A stretch of DNA of 64,000 nt from a virus. Position numbers and translations under genes: made by a program. The stretch is from the IMG/VR virus record IMGVR_UViG_3300042301_002170; one strand, written 5' to 3'. A model generated the notes under the pieces. That model saw only the letters and a list, made by a program, of their open reading frames with translations. It ran no database searches and had not been told where the DNA came from. Position 1 is the first letter of the stretch. Each line of letters begins with the position of its first letter. This document shows, in pieces, positions 38,975 through 49,906 of the stretch.

Positions 38975-40095
38975 TAAAGATAGAAAACAAAATACCGATT
39001 GCCGTTATAGGTGGGGGATTAAACTCTGCGGTAGGATATGCGCACTTTTCTGCAATAAACTTATCAAATAAGTTTAAAATAGTAGCAGGAAGTTTTAGTA
39101 AATCCAATGAAACTAACAAAGAAACTTCAAATGTATATGGGGTATCGGATGAACACTTATATTCGGACTATAAAACTATGTTGTTGAGTGAACAAAAGAA
39201 TATTGAAGCGGTTGTTATATTAACACCAAATAATCAACATATTGAACAAATCATATACGCAACAGAATTGGGCATTCCAATCATATGTGAAAAAGCATTA
39301 ACAACTAATTACAATGAAATCGAAAGAATAAAGGAATTGAGTAATTCTAATTTTATTTCTGTTGTTTTCAATTATGTGTGTTATCCAATGATAAAGGAAC
39401 TTAAACAAATTATCAAAAGAGGTGAGTTGGGTAACGTAACGCAGGTTCAAATTGAAATGCAACAAGAGGGATTTTTACGATTGAGAGATGGAAAACCTAT
39501 GAAACCTCAAGATTGGAGATTAGTGGATGGTATTGTACCAACCATATCATTAGATTTGGGGTCTCATACTTATTCAATAGTAAAATTCTTAACGGATGAA
39601 ACCCCAATAGAAACAATTGCTACTGAAAATAGTTTTGGTAATTTTCCAAATGTTATTGATGATATAAACTCAATAATAAAATATTCAAATGATGTAGTGT
39701 GTAATATGTGGTATAGTAAATCCGCATTGGGTAGTAGAAATGGGTTAAAGGTTAGAGTGTATGGAACAAAGGGTAGTGCGGAATGGTTACAATCGGAACC
39801 CGAATATTTGAAAATGGCAGATAATAGTGGGAAACTATACACATTGGATAGAAGTTCAGAACAATCTACCACTGCTTCCAAATTACGCTATAATAGATTT
39901 AAAGTAGGTCATCCTGCGGGTTACATTGAAGCTCTTGCAAACTTTTATGAAGATGCATCGGATGATTTGGAAAACTTCAAAGTTGGTAATAAAGATAGAA
40001 TTACATACGGCATAGAAGAATCGGAGGAATGTATATTACTACTTGAAGCAATTTCAAAATCTGCACAAAAAAGTTCTTGGACAAAAATAAAATAA
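38971..40095 (+). CDS. Gfo/Idh/MocA-family oxidoreductase
   Basis: IAVIGGG..VG..H, ILTPNNQH, ICEKAL, DLGSH. Confidence 0.88.
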   Translation: MIKIENKIPIAVIGGGLNSAVGYAHFSAINLSNKFKIVAGSFSKSNETNKETSNVYGVSDEHLYSDYKTMLLSEQKNIEAVVILTPNNQHIEQIIYATELGIPIICEKALTTNYNEIERIKELSNSNFISVVFNYVCYPMIKELKQIIKRGELGNVTQVQIEMQQEGFLRLRDGKPMKPQDWRLVDGIVPTISLDLGSHTYSIVKFLTDETPIETIATENSFGNFPNVIDDINSIIKYSNDVVCNMWYSKSALGSRNGLKVRVYGTKGSAEWLQSEPEYLKMADNSGKLYTLDRSSEQSTTASKLRYNRFKVGHPAGYIEALANFYEDASDDLENFKVGNKDRITYGIEESEECILLLEAISKSAQKSSWTKIK

Positions 40096-41250
40096 ATGAA
40101 AAAAGCATTGTTATTGGATACTAATGTATCATCATTTCCTATTTACGAATTTCTTTTAAGTAAGGGTTATAATGTATATGTTATCGGTGGAAACCCATCG
40201 GATTGTTTAGCAAAATATACAACTAATTATATAAACTGCAATTATTCAAATCCTGAACTTTTACAAAATGTAATTTCAGAATACGGGTTTGATATTATAG
40301 TTCCTGGTTGTAACGATATGTCTTATTTATCGGCAACAAAGGTAAATGGGAGTAATAAATTTTATGGATTGGATTCTACCGAAGTAACTGAAATTATAAA
40401 CAATAAAAATAAATTTAGAAATTTTGGAATTTCAAATGGATTACACATACCAGAATTATTTGATAAAGAAGAAGCGTATTTACAAACAAATTCTATAATA
40501 GTAAAACCAGTAGATGCTTATAGTGGTAGGGGAGTTTCTGTAATAACAAATCCTAACAAAGATAATGTAGATACTGCCATTGAAAACGCAATTAGTTTTT
40601 CATCTTCTAAAAACTATTTAATAGAAGAATATATTGAAGGACAACTATATAGTCATACTGCGTTTGTTTCTAACAAAAAGATAATTGCAGATTTTATAGT
40701 AATTGAAGATGGTAGTACTAACGAATTTACCGTTGATACTAGTAATGTTGTTACAGACTTTTCAGAATCAATTCTTTCAGAAATTAGAACTGATATAGAA
40801 ACAATGGCTGAAAAATTAGATTTGGTAGATGGTCTTATACACACTCAATTTATTAAAACAGAAAATTCGTTTAGAATACTCGAAGTAACTCGTAGATGCC
40901 CAGGTGATTTGTATAGTTTTTTAATTGAAAAAACAACCGGATTTAAATATTCCGAATATTATACAAAACCATTTATAAATGAAAAAATTAGTGTAGATGG
41001 GTTTATTCCAAATACTAATTATATATTAAGACATACATTATCAGTATCAAACGATACATCTTTTATTGGGGTACAATACAACAGAGAACTAAATGTTGAT
41101 TTGTTTATACCGATGAATACTACTGGTACAGAAATAAAAAAGAGTCCATTTGGTAGAGTTGGATTGACATTTATAAAATGTAATTCTATTGAAGAATTGA
41201 ACGATATAAAACAAGATATATTAAACAGAAACTTATACATTATAAAATAG
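40096..41250 (+). CDS. ATP-grasp domain protein
   Basis: NKNKFR, IIVKPVDAYSGRGVS, LIEEYIEG, HTQF..ILEVTRR. Confidence 0.85.
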   Translation: MKKALLLDTNVSSFPIYEFLLSKGYNVYVIGGNPSDCLAKYTTNYINCNYSNPELLQNVISEYGFDIIVPGCNDMSYLSATKVNGSNKFYGLDSTEVTEIINNKNKFRNFGISNGLHIPELFDKEEAYLQTNSIIVKPVDAYSGRGVSVITNPNKDNVDTAIENAISFSSSKNYLIEEYIEGQLYSHTAFVSNKKIIADFIVIEDGSTNEFTVDTSNVVTDFSESILSEIRTDIETMAEKLDLVDGLIHTQFIKTENSFRILEVTRRCPGDLYSFLIEKTTGFKYSEYYTKPFINEKISVDGFIPNTNYILRHTLSVSNDTSFIGVQYNRELNVDLFIPMNTTGTEIKKSPFGRVGLTFIKCNSIEELNDIKQDILNRNLYIIK

Positions 41251-41254
41251 AATT

Positions 41255-41887
41255 ATGGAGAATACTATAACATTTAATTATATGCCATACATTTATTTTG
41301 AATCATATAAAAATGCTTTAAATAATGTTAGGAAACACTACCCAACTGCGGACATATTTATTTATTTTGATTCATTTAGAGATGATATTGAAAAATACCG
41401 TAAAGTAGCAGATGAACATAATTGTAAATTCATCATAAGAGAATCTCATGTATTTTATACTAACAGAGAAGATTCAATTGAAATAAACACTCCAAAACTT
41501 GTTGAGGTATTTGAAAGAATCAAACACACTTGTGAAACAACAGATTCGAAATGGATATTGATAATGGAAGATGATGTTCTTATAAAAAAACCAATTGAAA
41601 ACTTCCCAAAAGCAGATGTTGGTACGTGTAGATATTATAATAGACCAGGTGGTGGTTCGGTTTTTAGTAGAACTGTGTTTTTAGATTCTTTAAAAGTTGC
41701 AGATATTCCTAATATAATTTCGATGGCAGGTGATAATAAATGGGCAGCGGATGTTGTGTTACAAAATATTTTTACCAAAAATAATGCAACATTTGAAGTA
41801 TGGGAAGAGTTGGCTGAACCCGAACTTAGAGATGACCAACCACATTCGGTTTATCATGGATATAAAGATTTATATAAATTAGGTTAA
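41255..41887 (+). CDS. GT-A-like glycosyltransferase
   Basis: WILIMEDDVL, GGSVF, ADVVL. Confidence 0.55.
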   Translation: MENTITFNYMPYIYFESYKNALNNVRKHYPTADIFIYFDSFRDDIEKYRKVADEHNCKFIIRESHVFYTNREDSIEINTPKLVEVFERIKHTCETTDSKWILIMEDDVLIKKPIENFPKADVGTCRYYNRPGGGSVFSRTVFLDSLKVADIPNIISMAGDNKWAADVVLQNIFTKNNATFEVWEELAEPELRDDQPHSVYHGYKDLYKLG

Positions 41888-41888
41888 T

Positions 41889-42743
41889 ATGAAAGATGTG
41901 GTTATTGGATGTATAACAAACTATACATTTGAAAGTATTAAGTTATTCGTAAATTCAATAGATAGAAGTGGATTTGATGGATATAAGGTGATGATAGTTT
42001 ATAATGTCCCATTTTCAACAGTTGAGGAATTGAAAAAAAGAGATTGGATTGTAGTTGCATTCAACGAAGATACTAAAAATCAATGGTACACTTATAGAGA
42101 TAATTTTATAGTAACAGTTGATAGACATTTACACTATTATCTTACTTTAAAACAATTAGCAGAAGAAACTCCAGAAGGTTTGAGATATGTGATGGCATTA
42201 GACCCAAAGGATGTTATATTCCAATACAACCCATCGGAGTGGTTAGAAAAAAATATCGGTGATAAAAAAATCAATGCAGGGTGTGAGAGTGTTAAGTATG
42301 AACATGAGGTATGGGGTAGAAGTAATATGATTGAAAGTTTTGGTGAAGTTGTTTATGAAAAATGCAAAGATAATATAACGGTAAACGCAGGTACAATATC
42401 AGGAGTATGGGATACTATGTGTGAATTATTTCTAAATGTATATCTTATGTGTCAAGGTAGTCCATCGGCAACTCCAGACCAAGCAGCAGTAAATGTGGCA
42501 TTATCTTTTTCACCATATAGAGAATTGACGAAATTTACAAATTCAGAAGAAGGATGGGCAGCACAATGTGGAACAACGGTTGACCCACGAATGGTTAATC
42601 AATATGGAAATAACTTATTAGAACCTGCACCTATTATGGATGGTGATATTGTTAAGACAAGTACGGGAATTCCATTTGCAATGGTACATCAATACGATAG
42701 GATACCTGAATGGAATGAAATTATAACAAAAAAATATCAATAA
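41889..42743 (+). CDS. GT-A-like glycosyltransferase / nucleotide-sugar transferase
   Basis: LDPKDVIFQ.NP, VNAGTI.G, PDQAAVN, VHQYDR. Confidence 0.6.
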   Translation: MKDVVIGCITNYTFESIKLFVNSIDRSGFDGYKVMIVYNVPFSTVEELKKRDWIVVAFNEDTKNQWYTYRDNFIVTVDRHLHYYLTLKQLAEETPEGLRYVMALDPKDVIFQYNPSEWLEKNIGDKKINAGCESVKYEHEVWGRSNMIESFGEVVYEKCKDNITVNAGTISGVWDTMCELFLNVYLMCQGSPSATPDQAAVNVALSFSPYRELTKFTNSEEGWAAQCGTTVDPRMVNQYGNNLLEPAPIMDGDIVKTSTGIPFAMVHQYDRIPEWNEIITKKYQ

Positions 42744-43234
42744 TGATTGTAGGAAGGGGTGATATAGCATCTGTGCTAAACGATAGAGAAGATGTAACAT
42801 TCTTTGTATCTGGTGTTTCTAATAGTAATGAAACAAGAGATTCTGAATTTATGCGTGAAATGGAATTGTTGGATAAACAAGATAGAACAAAGTGTTTATT
42901 CTATTTAAGTTCTATTTCAGTTGATGATATTGAAAAGGTAGGTGGTAACAAATACTTACAACATAAACGAAGAATGGAAATGTTAATCAAATCTAATTTT
43001 GAAAACTACAACATTATTAGAATCGGTAATATCACATGGGGAAGTAATCCAAATACATTTATTAATTATATTAAAAATAAAAAAAGTAAGGGAGAACCTG
43101 TTCAGATAAAGGATGAATACAAATATGTAATAGATAAAGAACAATTTGTTATGCTAACTGATAACTTACCATCGGTTGGACAAAATACAATATGCGTATT
43201 TGGTAGAATGGCAAAAGTAGCAGAATTAGTATGA
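42743..43234 (+). CDS. Short NAD-dependent epimerase/dehydratase-like protein
   Basis: IVGRGDIA, FYLSSIS, Y..HK..ME, IIRIGN. Confidence 0.6.
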   Translation: MIVGRGDIASVLNDREDVTFFVSGVSNSNETRDSEFMREMELLDKQDRTKCLFYLSSISVDDIEKVGGNKYLQHKRRMEMLIKSNFENYNIIRIGNITWGSNPNTFINYIKNKKSKGEPVQIKDEYKYVIDKEQFVMLTDNLPSVGQNTICVFGRMAKVAELV

Positions 43235-44124
43235 TAGAAATTGTAATTTGGGTATCACCAACTGATATTGGGGATTTGGAAAAATCTTTGAATAGATTGG
43301 ATATTGGAAAAGATTATTTAACAAAAAAACAACAAAAAAACATTAAATTTAATGTTGTTATGTGTGTTTCGGATGAAATAATTGATTGGGGTAAAAGTAG
43401 TGTTACTAAAGAAGAATGTACTAAAAAGTTCTTAGGATTAAAACCATTAACAGATTGGGCAGGAAACGTAATATTTGAAACAACAACTACTATTAATGGT
43501 TGCACTTCTATGAGAAGGTTATCTGGTTATTCTGATTCAAAATATTATTTATGGTTAGATACTGATATTATATTTGAACCACAAACATTAGCACATTCGA
43601 TAAATTCAATAAAAATATTGGAACGTAGTGGTATTACTAAATTTGTATCTATTCCAGAAATAGTAAGACAATGGGATTTCACTTGGGATTGTTTAGTAAA
43701 TGAAAGATTTATAAATAAACCAATAGGGTATCAGGCAACCAACAACCCACATATTGATGCTATTATTTATGGTGACCCCGAATTAGAAGAAGTTCGTAAT
43801 AATGTTCCAAATCAACCATATATGAAATTCGGTGGCGGGTGGTTTGCATTGATTTCAAAAGAATTGATGAAAGTAATTCCATTTCCAGAAAACTATGGAC
43901 ATTATGGGTTAGATGATACTTACTTAATGTGGGGAGCAGAAATACTAAAAGACCCTATGATAAAACAATTCAAAATAAAAAATGTTGTTGTTTGTGAAAA
44001 TTACTTTGATAGAGAAACTACTTACAAAGAAAATATACAATTTATAGATAAAAGAGAAGAGTTTAAGAAATATAATGAAGAAATGTTCTATATTGGACTA
44101 GAAAATTTGATGAAGAATAAATAA
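43231..44124 (+). CDS. GT2-like protein
   Basis: YLWLDTDI (DxD), GGGWF, YGHYGLDDTY. Confidence 0.55.
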   Translation: MIEIVIWVSPTDIGDLEKSLNRLDIGKDYLTKKQQKNIKFNVVMCVSDEIIDWGKSSVTKEECTKKFLGLKPLTDWAGNVIFETTTTINGCTSMRRLSGYSDSKYYLWLDTDIIFEPQTLAHSINSIKILERSGITKFVSIPEIVRQWDFTWDCLVNERFINKPIGYQATNNPHIDAIIYGDPELEEVRNNVPNQPYMKFGGGWFALISKELMKVIPFPENYGHYGLDDTYLMWGAEILKDPMIKQFKIKNVVVCENYFDRETTYKENIQFIDKREEFKKYNEEMFYIGLENLMKNK

Positions 44125-44127
44125 TTT

Positions 44128-44137
44128 TATATTTATA
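44128..44137 (+). promoter_or_regulatory. Class-B promoter motif
   Basis: TATATTTATA 24 nt upstream of ATG 44162. Confidence 0.5.
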
Positions 44138-44161
44138 CCCATATATACAATCAATATTAAT

Positions 44162-44803
44162 ATGAAATTTGAAGTAACCAACCCAAAAGTTTGGAAAGCA
44201 TTAAGTGAAAAGGATATACCAATGTCTGATAAGATTAAGGTATATGAAAAATTAGGAGGAGCATATCGTTTAGGAGAAGATGAGGGAGAGCAAGTGTTTA
44301 ACAAACTTACAGAATTGCTAAAACATAGAATTAAAGAAGATGATGATAATTCCTCACCGGAAGAAACATTGGCAGGATTAAAGGATATGGCAATGGGTAA
44401 TTTGGAAAGAATTGCCGATTATGCAAATATGATTGAAGTTAGAATGCAAGACGGACAAGAGTTAGATTCTTGGATGTATTCTCAACTCACAGTAGCATTG
44501 GAAAATTTAAATTCAGTACATGATGCAATGGATGGGGATGATGGTGAAAGAGAACCAATGAAAGAAGGTGTATCACCAAAAGAATTAGATACTATCAAAT
44601 CGGCAGTAGAAGCAGCATCATCATTTATGAATGTAGGTGCTCAATTAAAGAGTGCAGGTTTACGATACACATTCGCAACAGAACCGTTGGCAATTTACAT
44701 TGTACAACCAACCCCAAATAGTAAAGTAGCAATTATTAACAAAAGATATGCAACTAGTCCCGATTTCGTAGTTGGTGATATTGCAGTTGGTGTAATGGAC
44801 TAA
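44162..44803 (+). CDS. Hypothetical protein (possibly virion-internal)
   Basis: 213 aa, acidic, with IKE/MKE motifs. Confidence 0.6.
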   Translation: MKFEVTNPKVWKALSEKDIPMSDKIKVYEKLGGAYRLGEDEGEQVFNKLTELLKHRIKEDDDNSSPEETLAGLKDMAMGNLERIADYANMIEVRMQDGQELDSWMYSQLTVALENLNSVHDAMDGDDGEREPMKEGVSPKELDTIKSAVEAASSFMNVGAQLKSAGLRYTFATEPLAIYIVQPTPNSKVAIINKRYATSPDFVVGDIAVGVMD

Positions 44804-44805
44804 TT

Positions 44806-45114
44806 ATGGAAAATATATATTCAGTATTAATAACGGCAGTAACAGTATTAGGTGGAACAGGAGCTTTCCGTTATTACGAAAAAAGAGCTCAAAAGAAAGA
44901 AAAAGATGATGAGTTCATCAGACACGATTGTAAAGACCGTATTTCAAAATTAGAAGCATTGTTAGTGGAAGCAGGTAAGGAAAAGGATTCTCTAAGAGAT
45001 ATGGTATTGGCACTTACAAAAGAAGTTGCTGCACTATCTGTTAAAGTAGAATATCTAACAAAAGAAAACGAAAAACTTTCTAAAGTAGGAGGTAAGAAAA
45101 TATTAAATGGCTAA
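44806..45114 (+). CDS. Membrane-anchored coiled-coil protein
   Basis: N-terminal hydrophobic helix followed by heptad repeats. Confidence 0.6.
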   Translation: MENIYSVLITAVTVLGGTGAFRYYEKRAQKKEKDDEFIRHDCKDRISKLEALLVEAGKEKDSLRDMVLALTKEVAALSVKVEYLTKENEKLSKVGGKKILNG

Positions 45115-45775
45115 ATCAACAACTGGTATTTGGAACGGTAGAAAAGTTGAATTTGGTAAGGTTTATGGAAACCCTATGGTAAATGCCTTTGGACAAGTTA
45201 AAGAGGTTATGGGAAAAAAGTTACGAGTATTTGATTTTGATGATACATTAGTTCAGACAAAATCAAACATATATATCACACACAAAGACGGTAAAAAATC
45301 AACATTAACTCCTGGTGAATATGCAGTATATGAACCAAAGAAAGGTGATAAGTTTGATTTTTCAGATTTTCAACAAGTAAAACAACCACAAGAAATTAAA
45401 GGTGTTACTGATTTATTGAGAAAATTGGCAAAAGCAGAAGGTGAACGTTCAATTGTAATTCTAACCGCAAGAGGAGTTTATAAACCAATTAAAGATTATT
45501 TATCAGATATTGGTTTAAGAGATATATACGTTGTTGCTCTCAATAGTGCTGACCCACAAGATAAAGCAGATTGGATAGAACAAAAAATTAAAGAAGGTTA
45601 TAACGATGTGTTCTTTATAGATGATTCACATAAGAACGTACAAGCAGTTAAGGCATTAGAAAAGAAATATCCTAATATTAAATTGCAAGTAAGACAGGTT
45701 CGACACAATGTACCTAACGCACCAAAAGAAGAAAGTATAAATAAATTAAAATCATTATTACCTAATAAGTTATGA
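45107..45775 (+). CDS. HAD-superfamily phosphatase
   Basis: RVFDFDDTLV, ILTAR, K, FIDDS. Confidence 0.8.
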   Translation: MAKSTTGIWNGRKVEFGKVYGNPMVNAFGQVKEVMGKKLRVFDFDDTLVQTKSNIYITHKDGKKSTLTPGEYAVYEPKKGDKFDFSDFQQVKQPQEIKGVTDLLRKLAKAEGERSIVILTARGVYKPIKDYLSDIGLRDIYVVALNSADPQDKADWIEQKIKEGYNDVFFIDDSHKNVQAVKALEKKYPNIKLQVRQVRHNVPNAPKEESINKLKSLLPNKL

Positions 45776-46218
45776 TATACCTTTTTACAGGTCAGCCAGG
45801 AAGTGGTAAAACTACAATGGCAAAGAAGTTACAATTTTGGTTGCAAACTGATAAAAAGAATTGGAGAAAAGATGTATTCCACATCGATGGTGACCAATTA
45901 AGAGAACTATTCCCAAACACAGATTATTCCAAAGAAGGTAGAGAAAAAAATATTCAAAAAGCATTTGATATTGCAAAATATTTAGATGATTGTGGTAGTG
46001 ATGTAGTAATATCATTGGTATCACCATACATAGAGTTGAGAGAGCAATTTAAATCAGAATGTAAAGTACAAGAAATTTACTGTCATACTAAAAAAATGAG
46101 AGGTAGAGAAAAATTCTTTGCATTAGATTATCAACCACCTACAGAATTTTATGTAGATTTAGATACATCCGATACACCAGATAATACATTTTCAAAATTA
46201 ATAAAAATTTTAGTTTGA
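45772..46218 (+). CDS. cysC: Adenylylsulfate-kinase-like P-loop protein
   Basis: TGQPGSGKTT, IDGDQLR, GREKNI, SLVSPY, YQPP..DT. Confidence 0.75.
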   Translation: MIYLFTGQPGSGKTTMAKKLQFWLQTDKKNWRKDVFHIDGDQLRELFPNTDYSKEGREKNIQKAFDIAKYLDDCGSDVVISLVSPYIELREQFKSECKVQEIYCHTKKMRGREKFFALDYQPPTEFYVDLDTSDTPDNTFSKLIKILV

Positions 46219-46228
46219 TATACTTATT
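46219..46228 (+). promoter_or_regulatory. Class-B promoter motif
   Basis: TATACTTATT 23 nt upstream of ATG 46252. Confidence 0.45.
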
Positions 46229-46251
46229 AATAAAAACAAATAGTTATTAGT

Positions 46252-46857
46252 ATGGAAAATGAAGAAGAAAGTGAAAGTGGTTTTTTCCCTAACATAGAAG
46301 TTAAGGCAAACACCACAAAAAGAGGGTTAGGTGCAAAACCCCTATTAGAATCACAAATCAAAGCAGCACAAGAAAAATCAAAATCAGCATTTGAGGCAGC
46401 AAGAACATTAGGTGTATCTTACAACACATATAAGAAGTATGCCAAATTATACGGTATTTTTGAAGACCTTAAAAATCCATTTGGTGTTGGTATTCAGAGA
46501 AACGTTGGAATTAGAAATATCAAATACAATATAGAGGATTTAATAAATGGAAAACATTTAAAATATCCATTACATAAGTTTAAAAACAAATTATTTGCAA
46601 GTGGGTATGTACCAAAAGTATGTAGTAGTTGTGGATTTGGTGAAGAACGAATTAGTGATGGTAGAATGCCTCTTTTGATTGATTTTTTAGATGGTAATTT
46701 AAACAACAGAGTATTGGATAATATCAGACCTCTTTGTTACAACTGTTTCTTCTTATTAGTAGGAGATAGAAACGTTAAAAATTGGTATGCTGATAACGGT
46801 GGAATACCTGAAAATGATGACATTTTAAACAATTTAAACATAAATGAAGATGAGTAA
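46252..46857 (+). CDS. HTH plus degenerate HNH/zinc-finger protein
   Basis: AARTLGVSYNTYKKY; CSSCG..LLIDFLDGNLNN..DNIRPLCYNC. Confidence 0.65.
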   Translation: MENEEESESGFFPNIEVKANTTKRGLGAKPLLESQIKAAQEKSKSAFEAARTLGVSYNTYKKYAKLYGIFEDLKNPFGVGIQRNVGIRNIKYNIEDLINGKHLKYPLHKFKNKLFASGYVPKVCSSCGFGEERISDGRMPLLIDFLDGNLNNRVLDNIRPLCYNCFFLLVGDRNVKNWYADNGGIPENDDILNNLNINEDE

Positions 46858-47254
46858 CAGAAAGTATTTGCCTACATTGGCAGAGTTAATTGACAGATTG
46901 AGTATAGCTCAATTAAAAGAAGTAAAAATTCCAGAACATAAAGCAGAATATGCACAGGAAATATCGGATATTGTACACGATATTCAATTGTGCTTAGATA
47001 GTAGTGATACACCAATTAGTGGTGAAACTATTAGAGCAATTGTAGTTCTTTCACAAATTAACGCACATATATGGGCTAACGAATCGAATTATCGTAAAGG
47101 AATTAAAGAAGGAAACAACTTAGAATTAACACATGGTATCAATGGTATAAGAAACACAGCCAAAAACAAAATACAAGAAGTTGTTGGTGGTAGAATGGAT
47201 TACAAAATTGATTGTTTAGCAGCGGAGTTTAAAGATTGGGAAATCAGTTGGTAA
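46850..47254 (+). CDS. All-alpha hypothetical protein
   Basis: TLAELIDRLSI.QLK.. helical pattern. Confidence 0.65.
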   Translation: MSNRKYLPTLAELIDRLSIAQLKEVKIPEHKAEYAQEISDIVHDIQLCLDSSDTPISGETIRAIVVLSQINAHIWANESNYRKGIKEGNNLELTHGINGIRNTAKNKIQEVVGGRMDYKIDCLAAEFKDWEISW

Positions 47255-47255
47255 T

Positions 47256-47816
47256 ATGAACTACGAAACTATAACATATAATAATCATAAGATATACAAA
47301 GTAAAAGTTGATTTGGATATTGAATCGATTTTAAAAGAAATATCTATAGATGAACAGTATGTAAGAGTAACATATTCTACCGATGCATTTACTGGAATAC
47401 ACACACGTCAAATGTATCAAGATTGTTATAAAGCTTTAAAAAAAGTATATGAAATAGAATTAAATAAACCTATTATAACTGGATATCAATGTGGTTGGAT
47501 GTTTCATGCACATAATCATACTGATACGGGAAATTATCATATACATACGATATTGGGTAAACAATATGAAGATTCAAATCACCTACTTCTTTCGGATTAT
47601 TCTTGGACATACTATTTAGATGTTCCTAATAATGTATCTGAAACAGAAGGGCATTTATCTTTTAAAGATGATGATAGTGAACCGATTTCATTTTTACCTG
47701 AAAAAGGTTATTTATATTCATTTCCATCTTCGTTATCACATAGACCAAATGAAGCACCAAACTCAACAAATAGAAGAATAGTTGGTGTTGCAAATATAAA
47801 ATTTATATATGAATAA
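47256..47816 (+). CDS. Putative 2OG-Fe(II) oxygenase
   Basis: W..YHIH..SWTYYL..G.L.F..FPSSLSH.P..RRI. Confidence 0.65.
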   Translation: MNYETITYNNHKIYKVKVDLDIESILKEISIDEQYVRVTYSTDAFTGIHTRQMYQDCYKALKKVYEIELNKPIITGYQCGWMFHAHNHTDTGNYHIHTILGKQYEDSNHLLLSDYSWTYYLDVPNNVSETEGHLSFKDDDSEPISFLPEKGYLYSFPSSLSHRPNEAPNSTNRRIVGVANIKFIYE

Positions 47817-47973
47817 TAAAATAAAATTTGAAAGAACATATAAAACTGCAGAATGTATTTCTATATGGAAATATGATTTGAGTAAATTTACAAACGGTCC
47901 CATATCCGTAGAACACAAATGGAATCAAGAATATTTAAAAGAAATAGCATTAAAACAAAAAAGAGGAAGATAA
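47809..47973 (+). CDS. Small hypothetical protein, 54 aa (not in the ORF track)
   Basis: MNNKIKFERTYKTAECISIWKYDLSKFTNGPISVEHKWNQEYLKEIALKQKRGR; overlaps the upstream stop and fills the gap. Confidence 0.6.
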   Translation: MNNKIKFERTYKTAECISIWKYDLSKFTNGPISVEHKWNQEYLKEIALKQKRGR

Positions 47974-48005
47974 TTTGGAAAATTGAAAAAAAAGTATTAT
48001 CTTTG
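47974..48005 (+). promoter_or_regulatory. Bacteroidota sigma70-type promoter
   Basis: TTTG 47974-47977, 20-nt spacer, TATCTTTG 47998-48005. Confidence 0.75.
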
Positions 48006-48020
48006 TAGAAACAAAATTAA

Positions 48021-49667
<1,647 letters not shown>

Positions 49668-49698
49668 AATTTAAACAAACAATAAAAAACAAACAGTT

Positions 49699-49905
49699 AT
49701 GGCAAAGTATTACGCAGTTACAGTAGCAGTAGAAGTTGAGGATGCAAAAGGCAAAATCAAAAAACAAAGAGAGCAGTATTTAGTAGATGCATTATCCGTT
49801 ACGGAAGCAGAAGCAAAGTTAGTTCAAAAGTTTGTAGATGAGGCAGTACAACTTGAATATGAAGTAGTTAAAGTTTCAGATACAAAGATTTTAGAAGTAT
49901 TCTAA
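49699..49905 (+). CDS. DUF4494-like protein
   Basis: EQYLVDALSVTEAEAK..EYEVVKV, the Bacteroidota DUF4494 N-domain pattern. Confidence 0.7.
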   Translation: MAKYYAVTVAVEVEDAKGKIKKQREQYLVDALSVTEAEAKLVQKFVDEAVQLEYEVVKVSDTKILEVF

Positions 49906-49906
49906 T

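Noticed and set aside
20445-42800. Short alternative-frame + strand ORFs (20445, 24884, 29568, 32725, 33366, 42618)
   Set aside because: Nested in longer genes with clear motifs; no independent signals
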